DNA of 64,000 nucleotides. Source: Octopus sinensis (lineage: Eukaryota). The notes under the pieces are model-generated. The model was not told the origin of the DNA, searched no databases, and saw nothing but the letters and a program-made list of their open reading frames with translations. The translations under genes and the position numbers were made by a program. Below are positions 62,613 to 64,000 of this stretch, one piece after another. Position 1 is the first letter of the stretch, and each line of letters begins with the position of its first letter. The stretch lies in the NCBI RefSeq assembly GCF_006345805.1, contig NW_021832593.1:1-64000 (forward strand), written 5' to 3'.

Positions 62613-62697
<85 letters not shown>
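62613..62697. repeat. (TAG)n microsatellite
   Basis: About 27 units. Confidence 0.95.
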
Positions 62698-62706
<9 letters not shown>

Positions 62707-63084
62707 GGAATGTGTGCCCTAGAAGTGAAAGTCGAAGTAGAAGGTGGATAAAACTTAATGCAGAAGAGCAATAATACATGGAACACCTCTCATCAGCAAT
62801 GGAGACAACAATCAACGTAGTTTCGTCGCGCTGAAGTTCGAAGAATTCAAATTCCATGCTACAACTCTTCGAACTGATAGAGGCGGCGAAACTGAAAAAA
62901 TAATTCTAAAATATAGAGGCGATCAAAATACGAGAGACGATATATCTGTCTGCAACAGTGTGTTTGGTCTGCGAGAAGGCATGTGTATTTATATTTCTTC
63001 GTGCGCACATGTATGTGTGTGTGCGCTTATGCACACACAGAGATATATATTCATATGCACATATATATGCATGCTCGCTGATAG

Positions 63085-63400
63085 GTAATAAGGTATGTAG
63101 TTAGCCTGGTAGGTATGTCGGTAGGTAGATAGGTAGGTAGGTAGGTAGGTAGGTAGGTAGGAAGGTAGGAAGGTAGGTAGGTAGGTAGGTAGGTAGTAGG
63201 TAGGTATGTAGGTAGGTATGCAGGTAGGTAGGTAGGTAGGTAGGTAGGTATGTATGTATGTAGGTAGGTAGGTAGGTAGGTAGGTAGGTAGGTAGGTAGG
63301 TAGGTAGGTATGCAGGTAGGTAGATAGGTATGTAGGTAGGTAGGTAGGTATGTAGGTAGGTAGGTAGGTAGGTAGGTAGGTAGGTAGATAGGTAGGTATG
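63085..63400. repeat. (AGGT)n tetranucleotide tract, interrupted
   Basis: Source of the PTYL-repeat ORF. Confidence 0.95.
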
Positions 63401-64000
63401 CAGGTGTGAATAATTCGGATGTTCAAGGAAGGTAGTCTTCTATCATTATAGATTGCAATTATACCATCGATAATTCTATTGTGAAACGTTCATCTGTAAT
63501 TATCTAAAAACCTACATTTAATTGTCTAATTACACTGATGAAATGGAAATTATATTTACCATTAACAGGCAATGGTGATATAGCAGCGATGGCGGCGGAT
63601 GGGGTTGCTGTAAAGTGTAATAGAAATGCATTGAGATAATATCAACAACAACAAGAACAACGACGACGACGACGATAATAATTATAATAATTAGACTTGC
63701 ATTTCGATGTTGATGGAGACGGTGTTGGGGACATGGTTGCCAGTGGCGGGAAAGATGTATTGGGTAATGTTGTTGGCCGGAAGTCGTGCCGTTGTGGTTG
63801 ACGACGTTGCTAATGCTTACGTAGTCTGACAGTGGTGACGAGTTTGTTGATGGAAAATGTTGTCTTGCTAACACTGTTGTTTGTTTATTTTCACGGTTGA
63901 TGATGTTGAAGTTTGTGTTGTTTAGCTCTAAATCATTTCTGATCAATCATAAGTATTACCACAAGCGCTCCAGCCATGACCGTCTTATCTATTTTCATAT

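Noticed and set aside
62989-63426. PTYL-repeat ORF
   Set aside because: Translation of (ACCT)n.

Overview
Eukaryotic, AT-rich, microsatellite-saturated DNA. The recurring tRNA-derived SINE families and LINE types look like those of Octopus; this is recognised from memory, not by database search. No prokaryotic operons, CRISPR arrays, rRNA or genuine tRNA genes are present, and no host gene can be named; two low-confidence host exon candidates lie on the minus strand. Nearly all interpretable sequence is transposable element. It comprises four SINE families (labelled A-D here, about 25 copies), a near full-length but frameshifted Tx1/L1-clade LINE (20.6-26.8 kb), CR1/L2-type and R4/Dong-type LINE fragments, three mariner remnants, several MITEs/foldbacks, a non-autonomous Helitron, and several Penelope-like element (PLE) families. 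Most striking points: (1) nine type-I hammerhead ribozyme motifs from four PLE-type repeat families, two with a CCGACGA (U4C) core and several inside long inverted repeats; (2) a Neptune-type Penelope element whose ~2.8 kb CA-rich tract appears to be part of the element; (3) a Tx1-like LINE flanked by (TATC)n whose 3' end matches the tail of SINE family B; (4) a SINE-B tandem array built through a recurring GGTAT junction. Most entries in the ORF track are microsatellite artefacts. Coordinates were counted by hand, and repeat boundaries are approximate.
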